Part shown: positions 27,176 to 40,463 of the stretch, piece after piece
How positions within the stretch are numbered: the stretch's first letter is position 1
How the letters are laid out: the number at the start of each line of letters is the position of its first letter
Assembly: GCF_001194135.2 (NCBI RefSeq)
Contig: NC_068982.1
Span: 105,516,342 to 105,580,341 of the forward strand
Source of the DNA: Octopus bimaculoides
Lineage: Eukaryota
Reading direction: 5' to 3'
Length of the DNA: 64,000 nucleotides
The notes under the pieces: generated by a model
Seen by the model: the letters and a program-made list of their open reading frames with translations, nothing else
The model's database searches: none
Told to the model about the DNA's origin: nothing
Position numbers and translations under genes: made by a program

Positions 27176-28620
27176 GGAACTGGAGGGTTGGTTTGTATGG
27201 TCAATTTTCATTTGAAAAATAAATGACACTACTTGCTATATTTTCATTAAAATTTTGCCAAAACTTTTTTCTAATACCACAACTACATGTTTGTTTCACT
27301 GTAAGAAGTAACCATGACGATCGTAATTCAATATGCTGATGAAAACAAATATTATGGATTCGCTTTTTTGCTATCATTTGAGGCAGAATATTTATGAAAG
27401 TTGTTATGGGAAACACCATTGTAATTGCTTCTATCAAATATATTCCAAGGAAAATGATTCCTTTTTGGAAATGATTTTATACTTCATAGAAAGAAAATTC
27501 CATTTGTAAATTTGTATGTAACTTATTAAAATTAATTAATGTGCAAACGAGAAAAATCAATTCTTATATAGATTTCCTTAGCAAGAAATATGGCGCTTAA
27601 CTCACTGAAACCAAAATAATTAATTGAAAAAGAATTTTAAAATATTTGCTACAAATATTTCAACATTTAAGCATTAAAATTACTAAAACTTCTTCCAACT
27701 TTTGGTGATGGAATTTACAATAATAAGTGAAATTGGATATTTTTTTTTTAAGACTATGAGAATTTAAATTCACATGTACTTTCATTCCCTGAACAAATTA
27801 TGCATTAAAATATTTGCATACAGGAAAAAAATAAATAAAAGCATAAAAAGAAACCTAAATTGAGACTTTTTCACAATTACGGAATCTAGGATAACAAAAG
27901 AATGAACAAAATTTCAACTAAAAATTATACCAATTTATCTTGTCATTGGAAATTAAACTACATTTTTGCAGGCTTCATAAAGTGAATAGTAAGTACCATA
28001 AAAATGGATACTTGAGCAGGAATGAATATTAAGTATATATCAAAAGAAGAGTACTGAAACCAAAAAACAAAAAGAAAGTAAAGAAAAAGAAAAATGAAAA
28101 GAAAAAGATAAACAAAAAGAAATAGAAAAAAAGTAAACAAAAACACTAGGCCTGTATGGAACTTGGTGTTGATTTTCATTGCAGTTAATTGCATATCTTC
28201 TTTTTCTCTTGAATTGCTGAGAGACACTTGCATTTAACTCTTTCCATTCAAATAAAATTTGTACCCTATGATTATATGACTTCTGAGATTATTTTTTTGG
28301 TGAGGTTTACAAATACCTACACACATATATTTAAATGTGCGTGTGTATGTGGGTGTGTGTATGTGTGTGTGTGTGTGTATACCCATATGCACATGCGTGT
28401 TTGTATGTTTGTGCATATTTGATTCCATATTTTGTACATTTGAGGTTATGACATTTTCTATGGTCAACAATATGGATTGGAGTATATTTATTGTATCAGC
28501 ATGAAAATGACTGTCTGACTGTATGAACATCATCTCTACACTGCAGCAGCTCTTTTACAGAGAGGCTTCTCAGTTGATCTGGTTGCTTTCTTTGATTAAT
28601 ACAAGCATAGACTGTGAGAC

Positions 28621-29022
28621 TTGTGGAGGCGCAATGGCCCAGTGGTTAGGGCAGTGGACTCGCGGTCATAGGATCGTAGTTTCGATTCCCATACCAGGCA
28701 TTGTGAGTGTTTATTGAGCGAAAACACCTAAAGCTCCACAAGGCTCCGGCAGGAGATGATGGCGAACCCTGCTGTACTCTTTCACCACAACTTTCTCTCA
28801 CTCTTACTTCCTGTTTCTGTTGTGCCTGTAATTCAAAGGGTCAGCCTTGTCACCCTGTGTCACGCTGAATATCCCCAAGAACTACGTTAAGGGTACACGT
28901 GTCTGTGGAGTGCTCAGCCACTTGCACGTTAATTTCACGAGCAGGCTGTTCCGTTGATCGGATCAACTGGAACCCTCGACGTCGTAAGCGACGGAGTGCC
29001 AACAACAAGAACAACAACAGAT
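28621..29022 (+). mobile_element. young full-length tRNA-derived SINE with (CAA)n tail
   Basis: A/B-box-like head; TSD tgtgagac (28613-28620, 29023-29030); near-identical to the copies at 31038 and 41231. Confidence 0.92.
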
Positions 29023-31037
29023 TGTGAGACAACCAAAACAATAAAAAGGCTGTAAATCTATCAGGAATATTTTCTGGATTATGAAAAGTATTAAGTTATA
29101 TCCCTACAATACTAATTATTGATTGAGCATACTTATGATCAAAGGCATTCTAAATATCTTTTTAGGGGGTTCTGGGACATTATTCTGTCAAAAGTAATAT
29201 TTATTTATTCACACTGTTTTGAATTAATCATGCATAAACTTGTAGCTTTCAGATATTGATGGGCTAACCATTAATTTTTAGAATGATATTGTAGGATTTT
29301 GTGTGAGAGGTCAGACCTGGCCAGTTTGAGCATAAAACAGGTAGAATATTTTGGCTGGATATGGTCAGTTTAAATGCTAAAGGGTTAAAGGAGATTTAGC
29401 AGTCATTTCTAGCACATTAAACAGTCACATACAGGCTTTTTCATCAGCTTATAATTAATCAATATGTTGTTACTGGCTAATCCTGACATTCCAGCCATGA
29501 CCATCCCATAATTTTAGAGGTATCTAATGCTACCTTGTCTAATACTTTTGCCACTTTTTTAAGATTGTGTAGTGTGATTTTCAGGGGTTTGGGCTGCTGT
29601 TTCCAACAATTGACTCATAGTTAATCATTATTGACTTTTACAGTCAATAATGCACTGAAAAATAGTCATCATCATCATCATCATCATTATCGTTTAACGT
29701 CCGGCTTCCATGCTAGCATGGGTTGGACGATTTGACTGAGGACTGGCAAGCCAGAAGGTTGCACCAGGCTCCAATCTGATCTGGCAGAGTTTCTACAGCT
29801 AGATGCCCTTCCTAACGCTAACCACTCCAAGAGTGTAGTGGGTGCTTTTACGTGCCATCGGCATGAGGGCCAGTCACACGGTACTAGCAACGGCCATGCT
29901 CAAAAAGGTGTTTTTTACGTGCCACCTGCATGGGAGCCAGTCTGCAAGTGTTAAGAGAAAGTCAGAGAAAAGTTAATGCAAGATAGGGTTAGTTTGGATT
30001 GTAGTTTAGGCACAGGCATGGCTTTGTGGTTAAGAAGCTCACTTTGCAACTATGTAGTTTCAGGTTCAATCCCTACTGCATGGCACCTTGGACAAGTGTC
30101 TTTTACTATAGTCCTTAACTGGCAAATGCCTTGTGAGTAAATTTGGTAGATGGAAACTGTGGAAGCCCATCATCTATATGTGTGTGTGTGTGTGTGCATG
30201 TGTGTATGGACACAAAGATACACACACACACACATATATATGTATACACACACACAATTATATGTGTATGTGTGTATCTTTGTGTTCGTCTCTCCTACCC
30301 ACAGCTTGACAGCCAGTGTTAGTTTGTTTACATCCTATAATGTAGCAGTTCAGCAAAAGAGACTGACAGAATAAGTACCAGACTTAAAAATGAGTACTGC
30401 GGTTGATTTGTTTGACTAAACCCATCAAAGTGGCACCCCAGCATGGTCACAGTCCAATGACTGAAACAAGTAAAAGATAAAAGATACAGATGGAACCATA
30501 TATGCCACACTCTAAGAGGATAATCAGAAAGTATTTCTTAGCTAAGCATAAACAATTCTATTTTGCATTTTTCAAGCTAAAGAAAACCTTTGACAATACA
30601 ACACTCTGTGGTTTGGTGTTAATAATACAATACACTATTGTTAAAGGTTAGGTCAGTGACTTGTAAAAACTTCCTTGATGGTCTGTGTTACATCAACGAA
30701 TAATCAAAAGGAAATATGACATCATCATCAACAACAACAACAACAACAACAACAGCAGCAGCAGCAGCAGCAACATTTTCCAAGCTGGTGTGGGCTGGAC
30801 AGCTTGACAGGAATTGACAAGGCCAGGGGCTGCACCAAGTTCCATAGTTTGTTTTGGCTTGGTTTCTATGGCAAGATGCCCTTCCTAATGTCAACCATGG
30901 GTGTGTTTTATGTGGCACCATCATGTGGTTGTTAAATATGTCACGAGGAAAGGATAAATTCATACTTATGCTGATTAACAACATGCATGTGCACACACAT
31001 ACACACATCTGTTTTCTACTGTTTTATTTTGTGTGCT

Positions 31038-31424
31038 GTGGAGGCGCAATGGTCCAGTGGTTAGGGCAGCAGACTCACGGTCATAGGATCGCGGTTTCGG
31101 TTCCCAGACCGGGTGTTGTGAGTGTTTATTGAGCAAAAACACCTAAAGCTCTATGAGTCTCCGGCAGGGGATGGTGGCGAACCCTGCTGTACTCTTCCAC
31201 CACAACTTTCTCTCACTCTTACTTCCTGTTTCTGTTGTGCCTGTAATTCAAAGGGTCAACCTTGTCACACTGTGTCATGCTGAATATCCCCGAGAACTAC
31301 GTTAAGGGTACACGTGTCTGTGGATTGCTCAGCCACTTGCACGTTAATTTCACGAGCAGGCTGTTCTGTTGATCGGATCAACTGGAACCCTCGACGTCAT
31401 AAGCGACGGAGTGCCAACAACAAC
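31038..31424 (+). mobile_element. young full-length tRNA-derived SINE (same family)
   Basis: 12-nt TSD attttgtgtgct (31026-31037, 31425-31436). Confidence 0.92.
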
Positions 31425-31546
31425 ATTTTGTGTGCTATAAATGTATACTTTTAGCTTTCATTGCAGTTTTTCTACATCTGACTTATGACTGCTTTATTTC
31501 CTCACTTGAACCCTTTTGACACACATACTAATTAGCTTCTACTTAC

Positions 31547-31613
31547 CATTGCTTCTTGTGAATGTCAGCATTTCCACCAACCATACATCTCCAACCTTCT
31601 CAGAAACCACATA
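31547..31613 (-). CDS. candidate exon of an unassigned minus-strand gene
   Basis: tgcttag|TAT acceptor (weak) and G|gtaagt donor; YVVSEKVGDVWLVEMLTFTRSN; phase 0-1. Confidence 0.25.
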
Positions 31614-32778
31614 CTAAGCAACCAACTTGTGACTTCACCACTGTGACTTCAGTTTAACTGGAGATAAAAGCCTGAACCCAAAACATAGCAATTTGAATAC
31701 TGAAAACGAAGTTGCTCACCTTAATTTTCAATCTTCCTCCTTTCTCAATGCAAATTACAGATCTAGGATTAGCTGTGTTGGATACCAATCCAGGATTTTG
31801 AAGCTGAGGGATGGGGTTCATAACCTAGGATAGGAACCTACTCCAAGTACAGTCAGCCACAGTCAGATGAGCATGGGACTGGTATAAGGCGGGACGATCA
31901 CACTCTGTTGTCATGACTGAGGTCCCTACCCGCTACCTACTTCATAAGGAGTTGGAGAAACTAAGAGGCTAAGAGTAACAGAAAGCACAAAATCCCATTA
32001 GTGTCAGCCAGCTTGAGAATTTCTAGCTGCTGAATCAATCTCAAATTACATTCTACCATCTTAAAAAAATAGAAAGGAAAGATAGATTGGTTAATGTAAA
32101 GCTAAAGGCATTACATCATCATCAACATCGTTTAATGTCCACCTTCCATGCTGGCATGGGTTGGATGGTTTGACAGGAGCTGGGCAGGCAGAAGACTACA
32201 CCAGACTTCTGTGTTTGTTTTGGCATTGTTTTACGGCTGGATGCCCTTCCTGACACCAACCACCCAGCAGATTGGACTGAATGGACTGAATTAAAATAAT
32301 ACAATCTGATATTGCAAGCCTTTGATCATACATCTGCTTGAGCAGAGATGACCTGCAGCCAAGCAACAGCAACAACAAGCAAAACATACTAGCAGCAAAG
32401 ACAACAACAACAAAAGCAATTCAATGTCATCTAAAAATAATGACTAATTGTATACAATACTGAGGTGCACTAGGGTTAAGGGTAGAGACCCTCTTCAGTC
32501 ATGAATAACCATAGAATTGCACAAAGAAAGTTCACCACCAAGGCACAAGTCCATGCAAAATTGTTTGTGGAAGACCAGCAGTTGCCCATACATACCAGTC
32601 TCCCCTCTCCTTGGCAGCACTGATGTTGCTATTCATTTCTACAGCTGAGTGAACTGGAGCAACATGAAATAAAGTGTCCTACTCAAGAAAACAACAGACA
32701 GCTCAGTCCAGGAATCAAACTCACAGTGTGTAAGGCCAGTACTTTAACCATTGAGTCTTCATTTGTGGTGTACTAGAC

Positions 32779-33076
32779 CAGGGGTTTTCAAACTGTGGTC
32801 CGCGGACCACAGGGGGTCCGCAAGGACAAGACAGGGGGTCCATAGACAGCAAATACTTTTTATGGGCAATTTGATTTTATATATGTTTTTTTAATCAAAG
32901 TCTTTTAATTGACAATAAACCTATTTGTTAAATACTGTTAAATAAATAAATGTAAAAATATATGTTATTTTAAGCAAATATTTGTGTATAAATTTCATAA
33001 GCGTTTATAAGGGGGTCCCTAAGGTAAAGCCTGAAATATAAAGGGGTCCGCAAGTCAAAAAGTTTGAAAACCCCTG
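32779..33076. mobile_element. hAT (Charlie-type) MITE
   Basis: 15-bp TIRs CAGGGGTTTTCAAAC / GTTTGAAAACCCCTG; 8-bp TSD tactagac / cactagac. Confidence 0.9.
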
Positions 33077-33244
33077 CACTAGACTACAACTCATCATAAA
33101 AAGGGGTTAAAAATTAGGAAATAAAGCAGTCATAAGTCAGATGAAGAAAGACTGTAATGAAAGCTAAAAGAATACATTTATAGTACACAAAATAAAACAG
33201 TAGAAGACAGAAAAAGGAACATTAAAAGACTCATAGAGAAGAAA

Positions 33245-34140
33245 GGGTGCAGAGGCATGTCAGGAGGCATGGAATTTTTGAAGGATGCAGAGTCCTGACA
33301 GCAAACAATTGACATGGGTAGTTTATTCCACACTGCAACAATTCTGAACATGAAAAATGTTTCCAGAAGTCATGGTTGCTGCACTGTTTCTTTTTTAATT
33401 TTATATGCATATCCACAATTGGTAGAGGTATTGAATTCACAAAGGTGGTCAAAGCTGTTGTTGGAAAGATGGTGAATAATCTTGTTGGCTTCTACCAAGT
33501 CAGCTGCTAGATGTTGAACTTTAGTGTGCCAATGCCCAGAGAAGCAATACATTGAAGATAAAGTGACTTACAGAGGGCATTCATCTGGTTGTAAATCTTT
33601 GGACAACTTCTGGTAGTTCAATATTCTGGCCAAGATGGAGTTTCCAGATTTGAGATGCAAACTGTATAGATGGGTTAGAGCCATATATAGCTTTATATAG
33701 ATAACTGGTAAGTGCATGATAAATGTCTAACTGAGTGATGTTAAGATACCTTCAGTCTTTTTACAATTTTAGAAATGTGGTTTGTCCAGTGTAGATCATT
33801 GTTGACAATAATGTCAAGGTCTTGCTCACCAGCAGATATCATAAAGCTGGTATTTACCAATTGAATTTTTTCTCCCAAAAATGTATAGAGGTGTACTTAT
33901 CTAGAGTTAGCTCGAGTTGTCAGTTAGAAATTTATTGCTGCATTGTGCCCATGTCAGATTGCAGGTAAGATCTTTAGTACATAGGATCTGTTCTTTTTAT
34001 TTCAAGGCACAGCCTATTGTCATCAACATATTCTAACACAGTAACATGCTTCAAGTTGCCATCTATTTTGTTAATGTATGCAACAAATAACAGGGAACCA
34101 AAAACAGATCCATGCAGGATACCAGATGTTATTCCAGTAT
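33245..34140 (-). mobile_element. CR1-clade LINE fragment, same family as 22900-24775
   Basis: Reverse complement aligns to the GVPQGS to AYKIKK..FWKHFS..WNKLP segment of the + strand copy. Confidence 0.85.
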
Positions 34141-34184
34141 GAATGTTATTGTAATTAATCTAGTGCTTATCTCTAACTGTGGAA

Positions 34185-34870
34185 GGAACCTGTAGAAGAG
34201 GTAGACCCAGGAAAACATGGGATGAGGTGGTGAAGCATGATCTTTAAACATGGGCCTCACAGAAGCAATGATTAGTGACTGAGACCTTTGGTAATGTGCC
34301 ATGCTTGAGAAGACCTGTCAAGCCAAGTGAAATTGTAGTAGTGGCTGATGCTGGTCTCATGTAACTGGCACCCATGCTGGTGGCATGTAAAAAGTACCCT
34401 TTGAGTGTTGGGTCTCATGGAGGCAACTGACACATGTGCCAGTGCACATAAAAAACACCTTTCGGGTGTTGGGCCTCATGGAGGCAATGTGGCCAATGCT
34501 GCTGTCACGTAACTGGTATCCGTGCTAGTGGGACATAAAGAGCACCTTTTGAGCATTGGGTCTTATGGAGGCAATGACAAATGATCAAAACCTTCGGGCA
34601 ATATGCTGTTCTTGAGAAGAAGCCCCATCAAGCCAAGTGAAATCATAGTCATGGCAGATACTTGTGTCATGCAACTGGCACCCGTGCTGGTGACATATAA
34701 AAGCACCCATTACACTCTTGGGGTAATTGGTGTTAGGAAAAGCATCCAGCTGTAGAAACCATGCCAAATCAGACTGGAGTCTGGTGCAGCCCCTTAGCTT
34801 ACCAGCCCTGGTCAAACCGACCAATCCATGCCAGTATGAACAACAGACATTAAATGATGGTGATGATAAT
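34185..34870 (+). mobile_element. RTE LINE 3' end with ~60-bp tandem repeats in the 3' UTR
   Basis: RGRPRKTWDEVVKHDL end of ORF, repeated actggcacccgtgctggtg...ttgggcctcatggaggca units, (GAT)n tail. Confidence 0.8.
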
Positions 34871-36289
34871 GATGAGTGACTATTTCTTTTCAATGAAGAA
34901 TGCACAACTAACCAGTCATAAAGATTGATCATCATGCCCACTGCAGAGCTTTACTATAAGTCATTTGTGTGGTGCAAGATTAAAGGCTTTGGTCATGTGG
35001 AGATAAATAACATCCACCCATGACCTGCCGTTTGTGATTAATCTATTCATTAATTTTGTGTCTCATTGACACTGTTATGTCCTTCTTTGAACTCACTGTA
35101 TATGCCACTTTATAACATGGACTTATAACAAGGTTATAACAATACAAATATAAATCAGAAACAACACGTAACAAATAATATCTCTTCTCAACAACTTCTA
35201 CAACTGTCTTCAGAAAGCACCGGCATACACCAAAGTGTTTTTTGACTGCAACAATAATTGCAACAACTGTTGATTTTGTTGTTGTTGTAGTTGCCGTTGC
35301 AACTGTTGCTGCTGCTGTTGTTGTTGTTGTAGTTGCCGCTGCAATTGAACCATGGAAACCAACAGAGTTATCTACCTTATCTAGCAGTATTTAATGATAA
35401 TAGCAAGGTCTTCCATGCTAAGAACGTCCACTGAGAGCTTCAAATGTTTTATCGCCACTGTTATGTCCTTCTTTGAACTCACTGTATATGCCACTTTATA
35501 ACGTGGGCTTATAACAAGGTTATAACAATACAAATATAAATCAGAAACAACATGTAACAAACAATATCTCTTCTCAACGACCTCTATGACTGTCTTCACA
35601 AAGCACCTGCACACAACAAACTGTGCTTCACCGACAGTGCACATGCACCTTTATATGGTTCAGGACAGTTGACTTGCTATCCCACAAGGGTGTCAGGATT
35701 TCACCACAACAAATAATAACCATTCTGCTACTTTTGTGAGTTTGTGAGTTCAATATAATCCAGGTAAGCTATCATTGCTTTAGCCCTAACCACAATATTC
35801 TGCCTCCACTAATGAGTAAACTTCCATTTTATTGTTTCATGTGATTCATTAAAACTTCATTTGTGAACTCTACAATACTTTCTTGTGATGTGGTCAATTT
35901 GATAGCCATAATTTATTTTGGTGAACTGGATCATGCATGGAATTATAGATAGGAATTTTGATTGTAGCAGTTATTCTCAAAGACATCAGCCAACATATTA
36001 TGGCATAGCAGACTATTCAAGCTATATTTAGAACACATTTAAGAAGACTGTTAATCCTTTGAAACTGAAAGTACACTTTAGCAGGCATGATTTTGTTTGA
36101 CGATAACCTTACAAGATGCAAAAGTGAATAGCATCATCATCATTAACAACCATCTTCCCTGCTGGCATGAGTTGGACAGTTTGACATGAGCTAGGCAAGC
36201 TGAAGACCTTATTACTGTTGTTGGTAAAAAAAAAAAGGGCCTTCTCCTCAGAATGAAAGGTTTATTGTATGATGCCTGTGTATAAGCAG

Positions 36290-36545
36290 CTCTGCTACAT
36301 GGCAGTGAAGCATGGGCTGCAACTGCAGAGGATATGTGAAGGCTTGAAAGAAATGAAGCCAGCATACTCCACTGGATGTGCAATATCAGAGTGCATGTTT
36401 AACAGAATGTAATGTTTTAGGAAAATTGCATATAAGAGGTGTCAGATGCATGCAAGAGAGAAGACTGTGCTGGTATGGTCATGCAAACAGATGGAGGGAA
36501 CCTGTGGTAGAGGACCCAGGAAGGTGTGGTGAGAGCCAACTGAAA
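36290..36545 (+). mobile_element. RTE LINE post-RT fragment
   Basis: DACV..ALLHGSEAWAATAED..RLERNEASILHWMCNI, homologous to 60994-61179. Confidence 0.75.
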
Positions 36546-38221
36546 CAAACTTGTACAGTTCTTCATTCTGACACTTTTCTGCAACACTAGACTCTACTCT
36601 TCTGATCAGTTAGACTGTATTGGATTTCAATTTGATGCATTTATTCCATGAGTGCTTTTCAACTGTATCATTTAAAAAAAAATTTGCTTTATTAAACGAC
36701 ACATGTAATACTTCATTCTAACAACTTCACTTGAATTCTCACATTAGTTAATGCTTTCAGAGAATGTAAGTTTCAAGAAACTGGTTTCTTAAATTTTAAG
36801 CAGAAGAGTAACAGTTCTTTTGGGTAGGACAATGGGCAGAGGCATGTCAGTGGATTAAGAAGTTTGCTTTGCAGCAACATGCTTTAGGTTCAATCCAACT
36901 GTGTGGCCTTTTGGGTAGATGACTTCAACCAAGGTTTGTGAATGAAATTTGGTATATAGAAATTGTGTGAATGTCAACAGGAAGGATTCTTCTTGTTCTT
37001 GGGGAAACTTGCTCTGCCACCCTAATTAACATCTCTATTTCACCCTTAGGTACCTTTAGCAGAATCCACTTTAGACTGGAAATCTGACTTGAATGCAAAC
37101 ATTCAAGTCAGATTTCCAGTCTAAAGATAACTTCCTCCTTTTTTTTTCTTTCTCATTAGTCTCTGAGGTTCTGGAAAAAATTATAAGCACTGCCCTTCCT
37201 CTTCTAATTCAGACATTAAAAAAAAAGAACTTTCATGGAAAGACTAATTTGTTTCAGACAGCCATGTAAACTGAAGAAAGTAAAATTAATGAAACTCATA
37301 ATACTTGGGCTGATCTCCCAAACCTATCAACTCAGGCAGTTCTCTGGTATCCACTCGCATAAACCCCTATCAAATACTAATCTCTGAAATTTAAGCCAAC
37401 AAATGAGCCTGAACAATTTGCAAGAAATAGTATAAAAATTTATCTCAACACACTGTATTTTTTTTTTTTAAGGATGGACATATTGCATAATGTACTTGAT
37501 ATGCGATACTTAAGAGGATAATAAAAACTGAAACATCTTTTATCATAGGTTTACTTGGTTAGAGATGACCTGGAGCTAAACAACAACTAACGATTTTAAT
37601 TGCATTGTCACAGAATTCTTACATACCTGTAAACATCAACTACACTATCTTAAAATTCTTAACACTTCAACTATATTAACTGCACTGTCTTCTAATTTTT
37701 AACACCACTCCAAACAGTATAAAAAACATCTAAGAAATTTCAATTCTCTTTAAATATCAAATGATACCCAGCATAGTCCACATTCTGTTATCAAAAGAAA
37801 ACCATTTTAAAAATGATTTTTTTATCATTATTATTGTGAAGAACCCAAGTGATCGGTTTGTCTTGAATATGAAAATGTATACAGAATATTAAATTTATAG
37901 TGGTTATCATGTCATCACTAGGTTTAGATTATGTTAAATTCATTGCACGTTTTCTTTTTCTCTTAAACAATAAATGTTTGAAAAAAAATCACGTTTTACT
38001 TGTTAGAATCTTTCACAAAAATATCCAACCACATAACAAAAGTAATTTAGCAACAGTAGGGATAATATATAAGCACAACACGAAAACGATGATCGTGATT
38101 GACGTGTTACAGCGCGTCATATAAACTGAAGCCAACAGAGTTATCTACCTTATCTAGCCGTATTTAATGACAATAGCAAGGGCCTTAAATTCTTGACTAC
38201 ATGCTCAGTAGTTAAACCTAC

Positions 38222-38279
38222 CATTTCCCATTTGACTTTTGCGAAAACCTTAAAATACACTCCATGTCTTTGGGGGTCC
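38222..38279 (-). CDS. candidate exon of an unassigned minus-strand gene (see findings)
   Basis: ttttgtatttag|G acceptor and ATG|gtaggt donor; DPQRHGVYFKVFAKVKWEM; no recognised homolog. Confidence 0.3.
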
Positions 38280-40463
38280 CTAAATACAAAATAATTATAT
38301 GTCTTTTTCCATCTTTCACAAAGTCAAGTTCCTTAAGATATTTAATCAAATCACATATTGAAATGTTTGCCACAAAGAAGGTTTGAGAAATCTGTTTAGT
38401 CTGATAACAGCAAGCACATTAGAGAAAAATAAGCTTCCAAAGGAGGAAGTTCAAAACTGTTTTGATTCCTAGTAGTGGTTATTTCACGTCCATAACATTA
38501 TTGTCTTTACAAAAGTCATGAACACTACAGATTGCCATTCCATTCAATAACAGCTCTACAGAGATCATTAAGATACATTATTTCTAGTTTGATATATTCT
38601 GTCACCAAAGGTGGCAAGCTGTCAGAAACGTTAGGATGCCGGGCGAAATGCTTAGTGTTATTTCGTCTGTTTTTATGTTCTGAGTTCAAATTCCGCTGAG
38701 GTTGACTTTGCCTTTCATCTTTTTGGGGTTGATAAATTAAGTACCAGCTGTTTCCTGGGGTAGATCTAATCGATAAGCCCCCAAAATTTTGGGCCTTGTG
38801 CCAAGAGTAGAAAAGGATATATTCTGTCACTAAGCTGTTCAGTATTTTCATGTCTTGATCAGGATGCATTATTGTTACTTGTAGTTATTTAGCCTTATAT
38901 CAATTGTGATTGAGCAGATGACCAATGGTGCTCCAGCCAAAACCATCCCATCTGCTCATCTCAGACTACAGTATCAAGTGTGTTTCCCTCCCCATCTTTT
39001 TTAAAGCTTTTGAGATACAAGTTGAGATTTGGCTGCTATTTTTAGCAAGTCAAGTGGTCATGTAAAGCAGCGGTTCTTAATTTGGTCCTTGATTCCTATT
39101 GTACTCTGCTGGCCCCTAAAAAGTATTTGATATTTTAAAAAGTCCCATCATATTTTTGATTAGATATTAGGAATTCTATAAAAAAAAAGATTTTTTTAAT
39201 ATTTTGTGTATAGCAGAAGTATTACTAATTTGTTGCACATAAATTTTAATAGTTCATGTGGACTCCAGTTGTGAACTGAAATCTTGATTCTTCAGCTGAA
39301 AAGCCAGCATTAAACTATTCACCTTCATAAATTAGCAAGGTAGGGGAGGGAATTCTAATTTTGACACTAGCAATCATAGTAACATATATGCAATATATGA
39401 AGATAGGAAACTGTCAGTCATATTATGTGGAAGAACAATGCCTTTTAGGAAGTGGATTAGTGATTTATTATGTGGTTTCAGTTATTAGACTGCAGTCATG
39501 CTGGAGCATTACCTATGAGGCTTTAGTGGATCATATCAACCATAATGCCAATTTCAGTTTGTTAGTTATTTTATCAACTCTGTTAAGTTACAAGAAATAG
39601 AAGGACAATATAAACTACACCAGTATAACTATATACACGTTTTTTTCAGAGAGCATCTAGTGACTGTCCTGTTTCTTCAAGCATATAAATTTTGTGCATA
39701 AATATTTATTTAATATATTAAGTGTAGGCATGCAGATTTTTCGGCACGTAAAAAAAATTAGGATACAAAAATAAGTGAATGTGTGATTAAGAAGCTTGCT
39801 TTCCAGCCCTGTGGTCTTGAATTCACTCTTACTTCATGGCACCTTAGGCATGTGTCTTGAGTGGATTTGGTAGACAGAAACTGAAAGAACTCTACTGAAT
39901 ATTGAAAAGAAGTCTATATAATCATCATTGTTTAATCTCTACCTTCCATCCAGGCATGAGTTGGACAGTTTGACAGGAGCCAGCCATGTAGAAACTACCC
40001 CAGGCTACTGTGTGTTTTGGCAGAGTTCTTAGGGCTGGATACCCTTCCTAATACCAGGCACTCTGCAGAGAAGACCGAGTGCTTTTTACATGGCACCAGG
40101 CAAGGACAGTTTTGGCATGATTTTTATAGCTGGGTGCCTTTCCAAATGCAAGCCACTTTAGTGTGAATTGGATGCTTTTTATGTGGTACCAGCACAATCA
40201 CCACGTAACTTGCAAAACAAGTTATACACATGTATATATGTGTGCACACTTATCCTGACATTACATGATGGCTGTAAACAAGCATCACTGTCATACAAGT
40301 GATGTTGATTCCAGACTTCCGTGGAAAAATTTCTGGTCATGGTAAATATTACTTGCCTAGAAACAGGTGAGGGTTGGCAACAGAAAGGGCAATCTGGCTG
40401 TAGAAAATCTGCCTGCATGGAAAAGTGGATGCAAAAATGATGATAAAATTGAGGACTGATATA

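Noticed and set aside
28624-28700. tRNA-like sequence
   Set aside because: It is the head of a SINE with TSDs and a body, not a standalone tRNA gene.
31720-31824. Possible 105-nt exon VMNPIPQLQNPGLVSNTANPRSVICIEKGGRLKIK
   Set aside because: Splice sites are plausible, but the segment lies in GC-richer sequence resembling a retroelement 5' region and is not needed for frame continuity.
38222-38400. Longer 179-nt exon reading TKQISQTFFVANISICDLIKYLKELDF...
   Set aside because: No recognisable homology and its end phase (2) fits none of the downstream candidates; kept only the shorter 58-nt version as a low-confidence candidate.
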